Below are positions 1 to 8,480 of a stretch of 64,000 bases of DNA, in pieces (position 1 is the first letter of the stretch; each line of letters begins with the position of its first letter). The position numbers and the translations under genes are program-made. The notes under the pieces were generated by a model. It searched no databases. It had not been told where the DNA came from and saw only the letters and a list, made by a program, of their open reading frames with translations. The stretch is from IMG/VR virus record IMGVR_UViG_3300035180_000254; one strand, 5' to 3'. Origin of the DNA: a virus.

Positions 1-267
1 GCCCTCAACGAGTTCTACGACGGCATCCTGGAGCTGGCCGACAAGTACGCCGAGGTGTACATGGGCCTGACCAAGCAGGTGCCTGTCGCCTCTTGGCCCC
101 GCGTCGAGCTGCCCACAGGCACACCGGCGGAGATGCTGGAGGAGTTCTTGGAGGACATCGAAGAGGAAGAGGAGGAAGACAGCGACCACCAGTCGCTGCT
201 GAACATCCTGGCCGAGATGGAAGAGCTGACCGCCCAGACCCTCTACAAACTCAAGAACCTGAAGTGA
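1..267 (+). CDS. 3' end of a late gene cut by the window edge (possibly terminase large subunit, judged only by position)
   Basis: Frame 1 is open from base 1 to the TGA at 265-267. Acidic EEEEEEDSD tail. Lies directly upstream of the portal gene. Confidence 0.4.
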   Translation, partial: ALNEFYDGILELADKYAEVYMGLTKQVPVASWPRVELPTGTPAEMLEEFLEDIEEEEEEDSDHQSLLNILAEMEELTAQTLYKLKNLK

Positions 268-273
268 CACACC

Positions 274-2430
274 ATGCCCATCAATACCGACCTCGCCAAG
301 AAAATATGGACCCGGTACACCTGGGCACGTGACAACGGGCACAGCAAGTACGTCGAGAAGGCCGAAAAGTGTGACCGCTTTTTCATGGGCGACCAGTGGG
401 ACCCCACTGACCGCGCCAAGCTGGAGCTGGTGCGCCGCCCAGCGCTCACGCTGAACAAGATCATGCCCACGGTGGCCAACATCATGGGCGAGCAGATTCA
501 GGCCCGTGCCGAGACCAGCTTCCGACCCCGCGCCGGTGCGCCCAGCGAGACCGCTGACGTGCTGAACAAGGTCTACAAGCAGATCATGGACAACAACCAG
601 ATGGCCTGGAAGCGTTCGGACATGTTCGCCGACGGGATCATCGGCTCGCGCGGCTTTTTGGACGTGCGGATTGACTACAACGACGCCATGCAGGGCGAGG
701 TGCGGATTGACAATCTAAACTCTAAAAACGTGATCATCGACCCGGACGGCGAAGAGTACGACCCGGACACCTGGGGCGAGGTTTTCACCACGAAGTGGGT
801 CACAGCTGACGACATCGCCGTCCTCTACAACAAGGAAGACGCCGAGCTGCTGCGAAACCGCGACCAGAGTTACTTCCCCTACGGCTACGACTCCATCCAG
901 GCCTTCCGGGACCGTTTTGGCGACCGTTTTAACCCGATGTACACAGGCGACTACGACAATAGCAACGTGATGCGCAACATCCGCATCATCGACCGCCAGT
1001 ACCGCGTGCTGGACAAGCAGAAGCACTTCGTGAGCCAGGACGGCGACATGCGCCCGATCCCAGACGAGTTCGACCGCAACAAGATCGCCATGTTCGTGGA
1101 CCAGTTGGGCTTCAAGGTGGTCAGCAAGCTCGTACGTCGCATCCGCTGGACGGTGATCGCCGACAGCGTCGTGCTGCACGACGACTTCAGCCCCTACAAG
1201 CACTTCACCGTGGTGCCGTTCTTCCCCCACTTTCGCCGTGGCACGACCATCGGCCTGGTGGAGAACCTGATCGGGCCTCAGGAGCTGCTGAACAAGATCT
1301 CCAGCCAGGAGCTGCACGTGGTGAACACCACGGCCAACAGCGGCTACAAGGTGAAGGCCGGTGCCCTGTCCAACATGACCCCCGAGGAGCTGGAGCAGAA
1401 GGGTGCCCAGACCGGCATCGTGATCGAGGTGAACGGCGACCCGGACAAGGATGTGCAGAAGATCGCCCCGAATCAGGTGCCCCAAGGCCTGGACCGCATC
1501 AGCTACAAGGCTGAGGAGAGCATCAAGACCATCTCGGGCGTCTCCGACAGCATGCAGGGCATGGACCGCGCCGACGTGGCTGCGAAGGCCATCCAGCAGA
1601 AGCGCCAGGCAGGCAGCACGAACCTGGTCAAGCCGCTGGACAACCTGACCCGCACCGACTACATCCTCGCGCGCAACGTGCTGGACTTGGTGCAGGAGTT
1701 CTACACCGAAGAACGCCTGATGACCATCACCCACGACCAGGCCACCGGTGAGACTGAGACCTTCGCGGTGAACCAGGCCACGCCCGAGGGCCAGGTGATC
1801 AACGACCTGACCTTGGGCGAGTACGACGTGGTGATCACCAGCATCCCGGCCAAGGAGTCCATGGAGGACAGCCAGTTCGAGCAGGCCATCAGCATGAAGG
1901 AGATGGGCATCGCCATCCCCGACAGCGTGCTGATCGACTCCAGCCGCCTGGTGAACAAGAAGGACATCATCAAGCAGATGCAAGCGGCCAGCCAGTCGCC
2001 CGAGGCTCAGAAGCAGCAGCAGCTGCAGCTCTCGGCTCAGGAAGCCGAGGTGGCCAAGACCCAGGCCGACGCAGCCCACAAGCAGGCCGACAGCGGCCTG
2101 AAGCAGGCCAAGACGGTGCAGACCCAGGTCGAGACCCAGATCGCTGCCCGTGGCGAGCCCGACGACGGCTCCAGCCAGGCCAAGATGGCTGAGGCCGAGA
2201 CCAAGCACGCCCAGGCCGAGCACGAGGCTGATCTGAAGGAGCGCGAGTTCCAGCGCGACACCCAGCTGAAGTTCATGGAGATGGGACTGCGTCGTGAAGA
2301 GTCCCACAACAAGACGGCCTTGCAGGCCGACGATTTGGCACAGAAGCGCGAGATGCAACGCGCGGAGCAGGCAAAAGCAGCGGCTGCATCCGCCGAGAGA
2401 CCCACAGCATCACAAGGAGCACCTAAATGA
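274..2430 (+). CDS. portal protein
   Basis: 718-aa ORF. The N-terminal FFMGDQWD...RRPALTLNKI pattern recalls podovirus/N4-type portals. Q/A/E-rich C-terminal tail. Sits between the terminase-like fragment and the scaffold/capsid genes, and overlaps the next start by 4 nt. Confidence 0.8.
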   Translation: MPINTDLAKKIWTRYTWARDNGHSKYVEKAEKCDRFFMGDQWDPTDRAKLELVRRPALTLNKIMPTVANIMGEQIQARAETSFRPRAGAPSETADVLNKVYKQIMDNNQMAWKRSDMFADGIIGSRGFLDVRIDYNDAMQGEVRIDNLNSKNVIIDPDGEEYDPDTWGEVFTTKWVTADDIAVLYNKEDAELLRNRDQSYFPYGYDSIQAFRDRFGDRFNPMYTGDYDNSNVMRNIRIIDRQYRVLDKQKHFVSQDGDMRPIPDEFDRNKIAMFVDQLGFKVVSKLVRRIRWTVIADSVVLHDDFSPYKHFTVVPFFPHFRRGTTIGLVENLIGPQELLNKISSQELHVVNTTANSGYKVKAGALSNMTPEELEQKGAQTGIVIEVNGDPDKDVQKIAPNQVPQGLDRISYKAEESIKTISGVSDSMQGMDRADVAAKAIQQKRQAGSTNLVKPLDNLTRTDYILARNVLDLVQEFYTEERLMTITHDQATGETETFAVNQATPEGQVINDLTLGEYDVVITSIPAKESMEDSQFEQAISMKEMGIAIPDSVLIDSSRLVNKKDIIKQMQAASQSPEAQKQQQLQLSAQEAEVAKTQADAAHKQADSGLKQAKTVQTQVETQIAARGEPDDGSSQAKMAEAETKHAQAEHEADLKEREFQRDTQLKFMEMGLRREESHNKTALQADDLAQKREMQRAEQAKAAAASAERPTASQGAPK

Positions 2431-3449
2431 GTATCTTGCTGAAACACCTCCTCCACCCGTACATGGCCCCAGCCGGGGACGCAGACGGTGGCGGCGGGGC
2501 CACGGACCGTGGCGACGACTTCACCCCCACTGACGAGGACCTTCACGAAGACGCGAACAGCGCTGCAGCCCAGCTCGCAGCCGCTGAGACCGCAGCCAAG
2601 GGCGAGGGCGGCGATGACGACGTGGACCCTGACGCCCCTGAAGCGTCCGCCGACTCGGAGACCAAGACCAAGACCAAGACCAAGGACTCCCGCATCCCCC
2701 TGAGCCGCCACCAGGAAATCCTGGCCCGCGAGCGTGAGCAGCGCGCCGCCGCCGAGGAGCGCCTGGCCCAGTACGAGAAGGGCCAGCAGGTCGCCACGAT
2801 TAACGAGGACCTGTCCAAGCTGGAAGACAGCGTGCTGGCCATGGAGAAGGAGTACACCAAGCTCCTGGCCGACGGCGAGATCGACAAGGCCACCGAGAAA
2901 ATGACCGCGATCCGCCGCGCCGAGCGCCAGATCACCGAGACCAAGGCCGAATACCGCAGCCAGGTCGCCATCGCCCAGGCCACCGAGCAGGCCCGCTACG
3001 ACACCGCGCTGGAGCGCATTGAGTCCAACTTCCCCGTACTGAACCCGGACGACGACGCCTTCGACAAGGCCGTGCTGGGCGAGGTGGTGGAGTGGAAGCT
3101 GTTCTACGAGAAGCAGCGCAACCTGACCCCCACCAAGGCCCTGCAGGCTGCGGTGAAGAAGGTCGTGGGTGCCGAGACCAAGGCCCAGGAAAGGGCCACC
3201 GAGGTCGCGCCCAAGGTGGACGCAGCTGCCGTGGCGAAGGACGTGGCCAAGGAGCGCAAGGCCGCTGCCGCAGGCAAGACCGCCGACGCGGTGAACAAGA
3301 CCCCGGCCAGCACCAACAAGGTCGGCCTGGACAGCGACAAAGCTGGCGGTGCGCTCAGCACCAAGGACGTGATGAAGATGTCCCAAGACGAGTTCAAGAA
3401 CCTGCCTGACGACGTGCTGGCCCGCATGCGCGGCGACACATTCGCTTAA
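2427..3449 (+). CDS. scaffolding protein (putative)
   Basis: 340 aa, acidic, Ala/Glu/Lys-rich and coiled-coil-like. Classical position between the portal and capsid genes. Confidence 0.55.
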   Translation: MSILLKHLLHPYMAPAGDADGGGGATDRGDDFTPTDEDLHEDANSAAAQLAAAETAAKGEGGDDDVDPDAPEASADSETKTKTKTKDSRIPLSRHQEILAREREQRAAAEERLAQYEKGQQVATINEDLSKLEDSVLAMEKEYTKLLADGEIDKATEKMTAIRRAERQITETKAEYRSQVAIAQATEQARYDTALERIESNFPVLNPDDDAFDKAVLGEVVEWKLFYEKQRNLTPTKALQAAVKKVVGAETKAQERATEVAPKVDAAAVAKDVAKERKAAAAGKTADAVNKTPASTNKVGLDSDKAGGALSTKDVMKMSQDEFKNLPDDVLARMRGDTFA

Positions 3450-3467
3450 GCCCCAAGGAGAAACAAC

Positions 3468-3827
3468 ATGATCAAACCAACCGTAGGCCGCAAGGTCTGG
3501 TATCGCCACGACAACGCGCCCATATCGCTCGGGGGCGGCCACTTCTTGCGCCCCGCGCAGATTTCTGACCAGCCGATGGACGCGACTGTCGTGTACGTCT
3601 GGGACGACCGCATGGTGAACCTCCACGTCATGGACCACCACGGCAACAGCTTCAACCGCACCAGCGTGAAGCTGCTGCAAGACGGCGACGTTCCTCCCAT
3701 GGGCAGCGGTTACGCCGAATGGATGCCCTACCAGCAGGGCCAGGCCAAGGCCGCAGGCGAAGCGCCCGTCGTGGCCCAAGACGCCTCCGTGCAGCTCGTC
3801 GGCGTAGAAATGTCGGGTGAAGCATGA
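3468..3827 (+). CDS. hypothetical protein
   Basis: 119-aa ORF with a GGAG-type RBS (aaggagaaacaac ATG). Overlaps the next gene start. Confidence 0.7.
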   Translation: MIKPTVGRKVWYRHDNAPISLGGGHFLRPAQISDQPMDATVVYVWDDRMVNLHVMDHHGNSFNRTSVKLLQDGDVPPMGSGYAEWMPYQQGQAKAAGEAPVVAQDASVQLVGVEMSGEA

Positions 3828-4183
3828 AGTCCGCAGTCCATTCCATCGCCCGCGTCTGCCATGAGGTGAACGCGGCCTACTGCGCCGCCCTCGGTGACAA
3901 ATCCCAGCCCACGTGGGAAGACGCACCCGAGTGGCAGAAGAACTCGGCCATCGCCGGCGTCGAGCTGCACCTGGCCAACCCGGACCTGGGCGTCGACGCC
4001 AGCCACCAAGCGTGGATGGAGCAGAAGCGCCAAGAGGGCTGGACCTACGGCCCGGTCAAAGACTCGGTGAAGAAGGAGCACCCCTGCTACGTGCCCTACG
4101 CTGACCTGCCGACCGAGCAGAAAGCCAAGGACTTTATTTTTCGCGGTGTCGTGCACGCCATCGCGCGCGAAATGGCACGCTGA
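3824..4183 (+). CDS. RyR-domain protein
   Basis: QEGWTYGPVKDSVKKEHPCYVPYADLPTEQKAKD closely resembles the ryanodine-receptor repeat core (GWTYGP.RD..K.HPCLV.F..LPE.E), as I recall it. Confidence 0.65.
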   Translation: MKSAVHSIARVCHEVNAAYCAALGDKSQPTWEDAPEWQKNSAIAGVELHLANPDLGVDASHQAWMEQKRQEGWTYGPVKDSVKKEHPCYVPYADLPTEQKAKDFIFRGVVHAIAREMAR

Positions 4184-4225
4184 ACACTCCACAGCCGTCT
4201 CCCTGCGGAGGTGCCATGCTTGAAG

Positions 4226-4258
4226 CCCACGGACTCAAAAGGTCCGTGGGTCTTTTTA
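4226..4258 (+). terminator. rho-independent terminator
   Basis: Stem cccacggac (4226-4234) pairs with gtccgtggg (4242-4250). 7-nt loop, then tcttttta. Confidence 0.7.
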
Positions 4259-4268
4259 TTTCCGTTCG

Positions 4269-4281
4269 ATCTAATTTAGAT
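4269..4281. promoter_or_regulatory. palindromic site ATCTAA-T-TTAGAT (copy 1 of a 12-mer found three times)
   Basis: ATCTAATTTAGA also occurs at 36301-36312 and 49238-49249. It is AT-rich in a GC-rich genome and lies in an intergenic region. Confidence 0.5.
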
Positions 4282-4528
4282 TAGGGTAAAGGTCGGCTAG
4301 GGATGCAACCCGAGAAGCGACTTATCATCGCCTGCCATTTCCTTCAGATAGCCCTCCGATAAAGGTGCACATGATCATCTAAGCTCTAAAATAGATTACA
4401 CTTCGTTCTATTCGATTTAGGCAGGTTCTCGATAGCAACCTCCACCCTCGTTGGTCGAGACGACACATCGGCAAGAAGCAGCGGAAACGCAATTTTTTTG
4501 TTTGATCGTTTTGAAAAGGAGAGCCGCT

Positions 4529-5641
4529 ATGGCTTTAACCAACTTTGGATTGCTCACGTCTGAGCAAAAGACCGTGTGGTCGATGGATTTGTGGAAACAA
4601 GCCCGCAACATGTCTTTCGTGAACAAGTTCCTGGGCAAAGGCCCGAACTCCATGGTTCAACATATCACCGAGCTGAAGAAGACTGAGAAGGGCGCGCGCG
4701 CCGTGATCACTTTGCTGGCTGACCTGGTGGGTGACGGTGTCGCGGGTGACCGCACGCTGGAAGGCAACGAAGAAGGCATGCAAACCTTCGACCAAGTGAT
4801 TCGCATCGACCAACTGCGTCATGCCAATCGCCACGAAGGCCGCATGGCTGACCAAAAGTCCGTTGTCGAGTTCCGTGGCAACAGCCGCGATGTGCTGGCC
4901 TACTGGCTGGCTGACCGCATCGACCAGATGGCGTTCCTGACGCTGGCTGGCCGCAGCTATGCCTTCAAGAACAACGGCGCAACCCGCGTCGGTTCTGACC
5001 TGCAATTCCTGGAATTCGCCGCCGACGTGTCCTCACCCTCCAATGGCCGTCGCCTGCGTTGGGATTCCGTGGGCAAGACCCTGGTGTCCAACGCTGCCTC
5101 CAGCGCTGTGATCGCCGGTGATACCCCCAGCTGGAACATGTTCGTTCAGCTCAAGGCCTATGCCAAAGACCGCTACATCCGTGGCGTGACCGGCGAGGGC
5201 GGCGAGGAAACCTACCACGCCTTCCTGACTCCCCAGGCCATGGCCAAGCTGAAGATGGACCCCGACTACATGGCCAACTTGCGTTACAGCCAGAACATTG
5301 GCGTCAACGACAAGCTGTTCAGCGGTAGCTCGGTGAAGATCGACGGCATCTACCTGCACGAGTTCCGCCACGTGCCCAACACCTTCGGTGCAGCCTCTGG
5401 CTCCAAGTATGGCGCCTCCGGCACCGTCGACGGCGCACAGATTCTGTTCTGTGGCGCGCAAGCACTGGGCATGGCCGACATCGGCGCACCCGAGTGGAAC
5501 GAGAAGGGCTTCGACTACGACAACCAACAGGGTATCTCGGTTGGCAAGATCGCCGGTTTCCTGAAGCCCAAGTTCGCCAGCATCTACGAAAACGGCTCGA
5601 CTGAAGACTTCGGTGTTCTGTCTTGCTACGTGGCTTCTTAA
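4529..5641 (+). CDS. major capsid protein (N4-gp56-like family)
   Basis: AAGGAGAG RBS at 4516-4523, 5 nt before the ATG at 4529. The N-terminus MALTNFGLLTSEQKTVWSMDLWKQARNMSFVNKF...ITELKKTEKGARAVITL matches my recollection of the N4-gp56 capsid family. Followed by a terminator one gene later. Confidence 0.8.
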   Translation: MALTNFGLLTSEQKTVWSMDLWKQARNMSFVNKFLGKGPNSMVQHITELKKTEKGARAVITLLADLVGDGVAGDRTLEGNEEGMQTFDQVIRIDQLRHANRHEGRMADQKSVVEFRGNSRDVLAYWLADRIDQMAFLTLAGRSYAFKNNGATRVGSDLQFLEFAADVSSPSNGRRLRWDSVGKTLVSNAASSAVIAGDTPSWNMFVQLKAYAKDRYIRGVTGEGGEETYHAFLTPQAMAKLKMDPDYMANLRYSQNIGVNDKLFSGSSVKIDGIYLHEFRHVPNTFGAASGSKYGASGTVDGAQILFCGAQALGMADIGAPEWNEKGFDYDNQQGISVGKIAGFLKPKFASIYENGSTEDFGVLSCYVAS

Positions 5642-5654
5642 GGAGTAACCCACC

Positions 5655-6161
5655 ATGAGCAAAATCCAAGCCGCCCGCACCGTGCAGCGCATCCTGACTG
5701 CCGAGTTCGCCTTCAACTACAACGACTGGTCCATCGACTCCGTCTCGCTGGTGAAGACCACCTACGGTTCCACCACCGCTCTGGCCGATCCCAGCTCCGC
5801 AGTGTCCGGCCTGACCGCTGGCACCGGCATCACCTTCGACTGCATCCCGATGCCCATCGGCGCTGTGATCATGGGTGGCGCTGTGATCGTCGAGACCGCG
5901 TTCGCCGGTATCGGTGCCGCAGCCGTGCTGAACCTGGGTGTCGCTGGCAACACCAGCGCCCTGGTCTCGGCAATGGACCTGGACGCCGCCACCAGCGGCT
6001 CCCGCACCGCGATCTCGCTGACCGCTCCGTTGCTCTGCAACGCTGGCCAAAACATCCGTCTGACTACCTCCGGCCTGACCGCCGCTGCTACCGCAGGCAA
6101 GGTCCGTGTCCGCGTGGATTACACGATTGATGGCAAGGCCGACGAGGTCGTTGTCGCCTAA
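5655..6161 (+). CDS. hypothetical virion protein (possible capsid decoration/cement protein)
   Basis: 168-aa ORF 13 nt after the capsid gene with an AAGGAG RBS. Followed by a strong terminator. The function is guessed from position only. Confidence 0.5.
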   Translation: MSKIQAARTVQRILTAEFAFNYNDWSIDSVSLVKTTYGSTTALADPSSAVSGLTAGTGITFDCIPMPIGAVIMGGAVIVETAFAGIGAAAVLNLGVAGNTSALVSAMDLDAATSGSRTAISLTAPLLCNAGQNIRLTTSGLTAAATAGKVRVRVDYTIDGKADEVVVA

Positions 6162-6171
6162 GTGACCGCAT

Positions 6172-6200
6172 GAACGGGGCTTCGGCCCCGTTCCTTTATC
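6172..6200 (+). terminator. rho-independent terminator
   Basis: Stem gaacggggc / gccccgttc with a ttcg tetraloop, then ctttatc. Confidence 0.6.
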
Positions 6201-6218
6201 AACCACTGGAGAACCAAA

Positions 6219-6419
6219 ATGAAGTACACGCTTCCCTTCGACCACGTGCTCGCCACTAAGAGCGGCCTGGCTGTCGAATTCAAGGCCGACGTGCCCACCT
6301 TCGTACCTGAGATTGCTGCCGCCGAGGCGCTGGCATTCGGCGCTGTAGCGTCCGACGAGCCTGACGACACTCCCGAGCCCGGCAACCAGATGCCTTCTGA
6401 CGAAGGAGCCGCAGCATGA
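6219..6419 (+). CDS. hypothetical protein
   Basis: 66-aa ORF with a GGAG RBS. Overlaps the next start. Confidence 0.6.
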   Translation: MKYTLPFDHVLATKSGLAVEFKADVPTFVPEIAAAEALAFGAVASDEPDDTPEPGNQMPSDEGAAA

Positions 6420-6790
6420 AGTTCGTGATGCACCGCAATCGCACCATCGTGTCCACCAGTGGCCACGCCGTCGAATTCGTGAAAGGTGAGCTGACCCACG
6501 TGCCCCCTGCCATGTACGAGCAGGTTATGGCCGCTGGCGCTGTGCCTGAAGAAGAGCTGGACCTGGACCCCAAGGAAGAGGGTAAGGTCGAGGAACCCAC
6601 AGACCCCGCCACCCGCCAGAAGGCGCTGTTCGCGGCCATGGAGAAGGTCACCCTGCGCGGCAAGCGTGAGGAGTTCACCGCCTCCGGTGCCCCGCACGCC
6701 AAGGTGCTGTCCAACGAGCTGGGCTGGACTGTCAGCAACAAGGAACGCGACACCGCTTGGGCCGCGTTCCAGACCCGCGAGAACGAGTAA
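6416..6790 (+). CDS. hypothetical protein
   Basis: 124-aa ORF, translationally coupled to its neighbours. Confidence 0.65.
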   Translation: MKFVMHRNRTIVSTSGHAVEFVKGELTHVPPAMYEQVMAAGAVPEEELDLDPKEEGKVEEPTDPATRQKALFAAMEKVTLRGKREEFTASGAPHAKVLSNELGWTVSNKERDTAWAAFQTRENE

Positions 6791-6793
6791 CCC

Positions 6794-7435
6794 ATGAACA
6801 CGACAGAACTACTGGCCCTGGCTCGCGCCGAGCTGTACGACATAGAGACGCCCTACCTCTGGTCGGACGCCATGCTGTACACCTACATCGACGACGCCCA
6901 GAAGCAGTTCTGTCGTCTCACCTACGGCATCGAAGACGCCCGCAGCTTCAAGATCACCATCAAGGCCGACGGCACCGAATGGTACGCCATCGACCCGGCG
7001 ATCCTGAAAATCCGTGATGCCTCTGACGCCTCCACCGGCGACGACGTGCCGCTGATCGCATCCGAGAAGATGCGCCAGCAGGGCCTGAAGTTCGACGGCA
7101 ATCAAGGCCCGCTGCGCGCCCTGATCACCGGCCTGGAGAAGGGCTATGTCCGCACACATCCCAAACCTAACACTGCATCTGTGGTGGAACTCCATGTGTT
7201 CCGCCTGTCCGAGGATGTGGCCGCTGGAGATGACTTCGAGATCGACCCGCAGCACCACATCAACCTCCTCGACTGGGTGAAGAAGCGCGCCTACAGCGTC
7301 CAAGACGCTGAGACCTCCGACCCGCGCAAAGCGGCTGAGCACGAGCAGGCCTTCAAAGTCTACTGCGCCGCTGCCAAGGTCGAGCAAAGCCGCGCACGTC
7401 GCCCTGTGTCCACCGTCGCATACGGAGGCCTCTGA
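6794..7435 (+). CDS. head-tail adaptor-like protein (putative)
   Basis: 213 aa. Position downstream of the capsid block. N-terminal LARAELYD...YLWSD..L..YIDDAQ pattern as in podovirus adaptor/head-completion proteins (from memory). Confidence 0.45.
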   Translation: MNTTELLALARAELYDIETPYLWSDAMLYTYIDDAQKQFCRLTYGIEDARSFKITIKADGTEWYAIDPAILKIRDASDASTGDDVPLIASEKMRQQGLKFDGNQGPLRALITGLEKGYVRTHPKPNTASVVELHVFRLSEDVAAGDDFEIDPQHHINLLDWVKKRAYSVQDAETSDPRKAAEHEQAFKVYCAAAKVEQSRARRPVSTVAYGGL

Positions 7436-7707
7436 TGTCTACCCTGAAAAAAGACCCGGACGCGATCCTCGACTACACCGTTGATTGGGGCCCATACCTG
7501 ACGGCCCTCGGTGACGTGATCACGTCCGTCACTTGGGTCCTCTCGAGCGGCCTCACGGAGGTCTCTCAACAAAACACCTCCACGACGGCCACGGCCTTCG
7601 TGTCTGGTGGCGTCTTGGGTGATACCGAGACCCTTACATGCCGAATCGTGACAGCCGGTGGGCGCACTGATGACCGGACCATTCCCATCAAGATCGTCAA
7701 CCGCTAA
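7435..7707 (+). CDS. hypothetical virion protein
   Basis: 90-aa ORF. Its start overlaps the upstream stop (TGATG). Confidence 0.65.
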   Translation: MSTLKKDPDAILDYTVDWGPYLTALGDVITSVTWVLSSGLTEVSQQNTSTTATAFVSGGVLGDTETLTCRIVTAGGRTDDRTIPIKIVNR

Positions 7708-7716
7708 GGAGCCACC

Positions 7717-8172
7717 ATGGCCACTACCGCCTTCTGCAACTCGTACAAGCAGGAAATCCTGCAAGGCCTGCACCTCGCAGCCAATACCTACAAGATCGCC
7801 CTGATCAAGGTCGCACCGACCACGACCTTCGGTGCGTCTACCACCAACGCGGGCACTCCCGGCACCAGTGCTTCGTCCCAAGCCAACATCGGCACCGACG
7901 AAGCCTCTGGCACCGGCTACACCAGCGGCGGCGCGACCCTGGCTGGCTACTCTGCCACCCTGCAGGGCACTACCGGCTGCTTGGACTTCACCACGCCGAC
8001 CTGGGCTAGCTCCACCATCAGCGCCACTGCTGCGGTGATCTACAACAGCTCGGTGTCCAACCGCGCTGTGAGCGTGCATGACTTCGGCGGCACCATCAGC
8101 TCCACCGCTGGTACTTTCACTGCGACCATGCCTGCCGTCGGCGCTGGCACCTCGCTGATCCGCGTGGCCTGA
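7717..8172 (+). CDS. hypothetical virion protein (small fibre/collar-like)
   Basis: 151 aa, Thr/Ser/Gly/Ala-rich, with a GGAG RBS. Confidence 0.65.
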   Translation: MATTAFCNSYKQEILQGLHLAANTYKIALIKVAPTTTFGASTTNAGTPGTSASSQANIGTDEASGTGYTSGGATLAGYSATLQGTTGCLDFTTPTWASSTISATAAVIYNSSVSNRAVSVHDFGGTISSTAGTFTATMPAVGAGTSLIRVA

Positions 8173-8468
8173 TGCCTCAAGCAGAAGCTGCTCTCCTGGA
8201 CCTCGGCCATTTGGTCGAGCGTATCAAGTCCGTCCGCGCTTCGCCCGAGGAGCTGGCGGAGCTGGCCACCAACCGAATCATCTCGGTTGGCGACAAGTCG
8301 CACTTCGCCATCCGTGACCAGGCCCACGCCTTCCGCGAAGGCATCCGCGACGTGATCCGCCAGTACGTCGAACGCGCCGTGTACGCCGAGCAGCTGAACG
8401 TCGCCCAGGCACTGCGCGATGTCGGCCACCCCGAACTGGTCCCCGTCATCGCGGACCGCATGAAGTAA
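8172..8468 (+). CDS. hypothetical protein
   Basis: 98-aa ORF. TGATG overlap with the upstream gene. Confidence 0.65.
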   Translation: MPQAEAALLDLGHLVERIKSVRASPEELAELATNRIISVGDKSHFAIRDQAHAFREGIRDVIRQYVERAVYAEQLNVAQALRDVGHPELVPVIADRMK

Positions 8469-8480
8469 CTGGAGCGCTAA

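Noticed and set aside
715-3926. Very long minus-strand ORFs (547 aa at 715-2358, 629 aa at 2037-3926) opposite the portal and scaffold genes.
   Set aside because: They are antisense to well-supported genes in GC-rich DNA. Their translations are Leu/Gly/Val/His/Ala/Arg-rich nonsense, with no RBS and no motifs.
4451-4528. An upstream start for the capsid gene, and similarly extended track starts (33667 for Rz, 32834, 11833, 46039, 49227, 56740).
   Set aside because: The internal ATGs have good Shine-Dalgarno sequences or ATGA/TGATG coupling. The extensions overlap upstream genes or intergenic signals.
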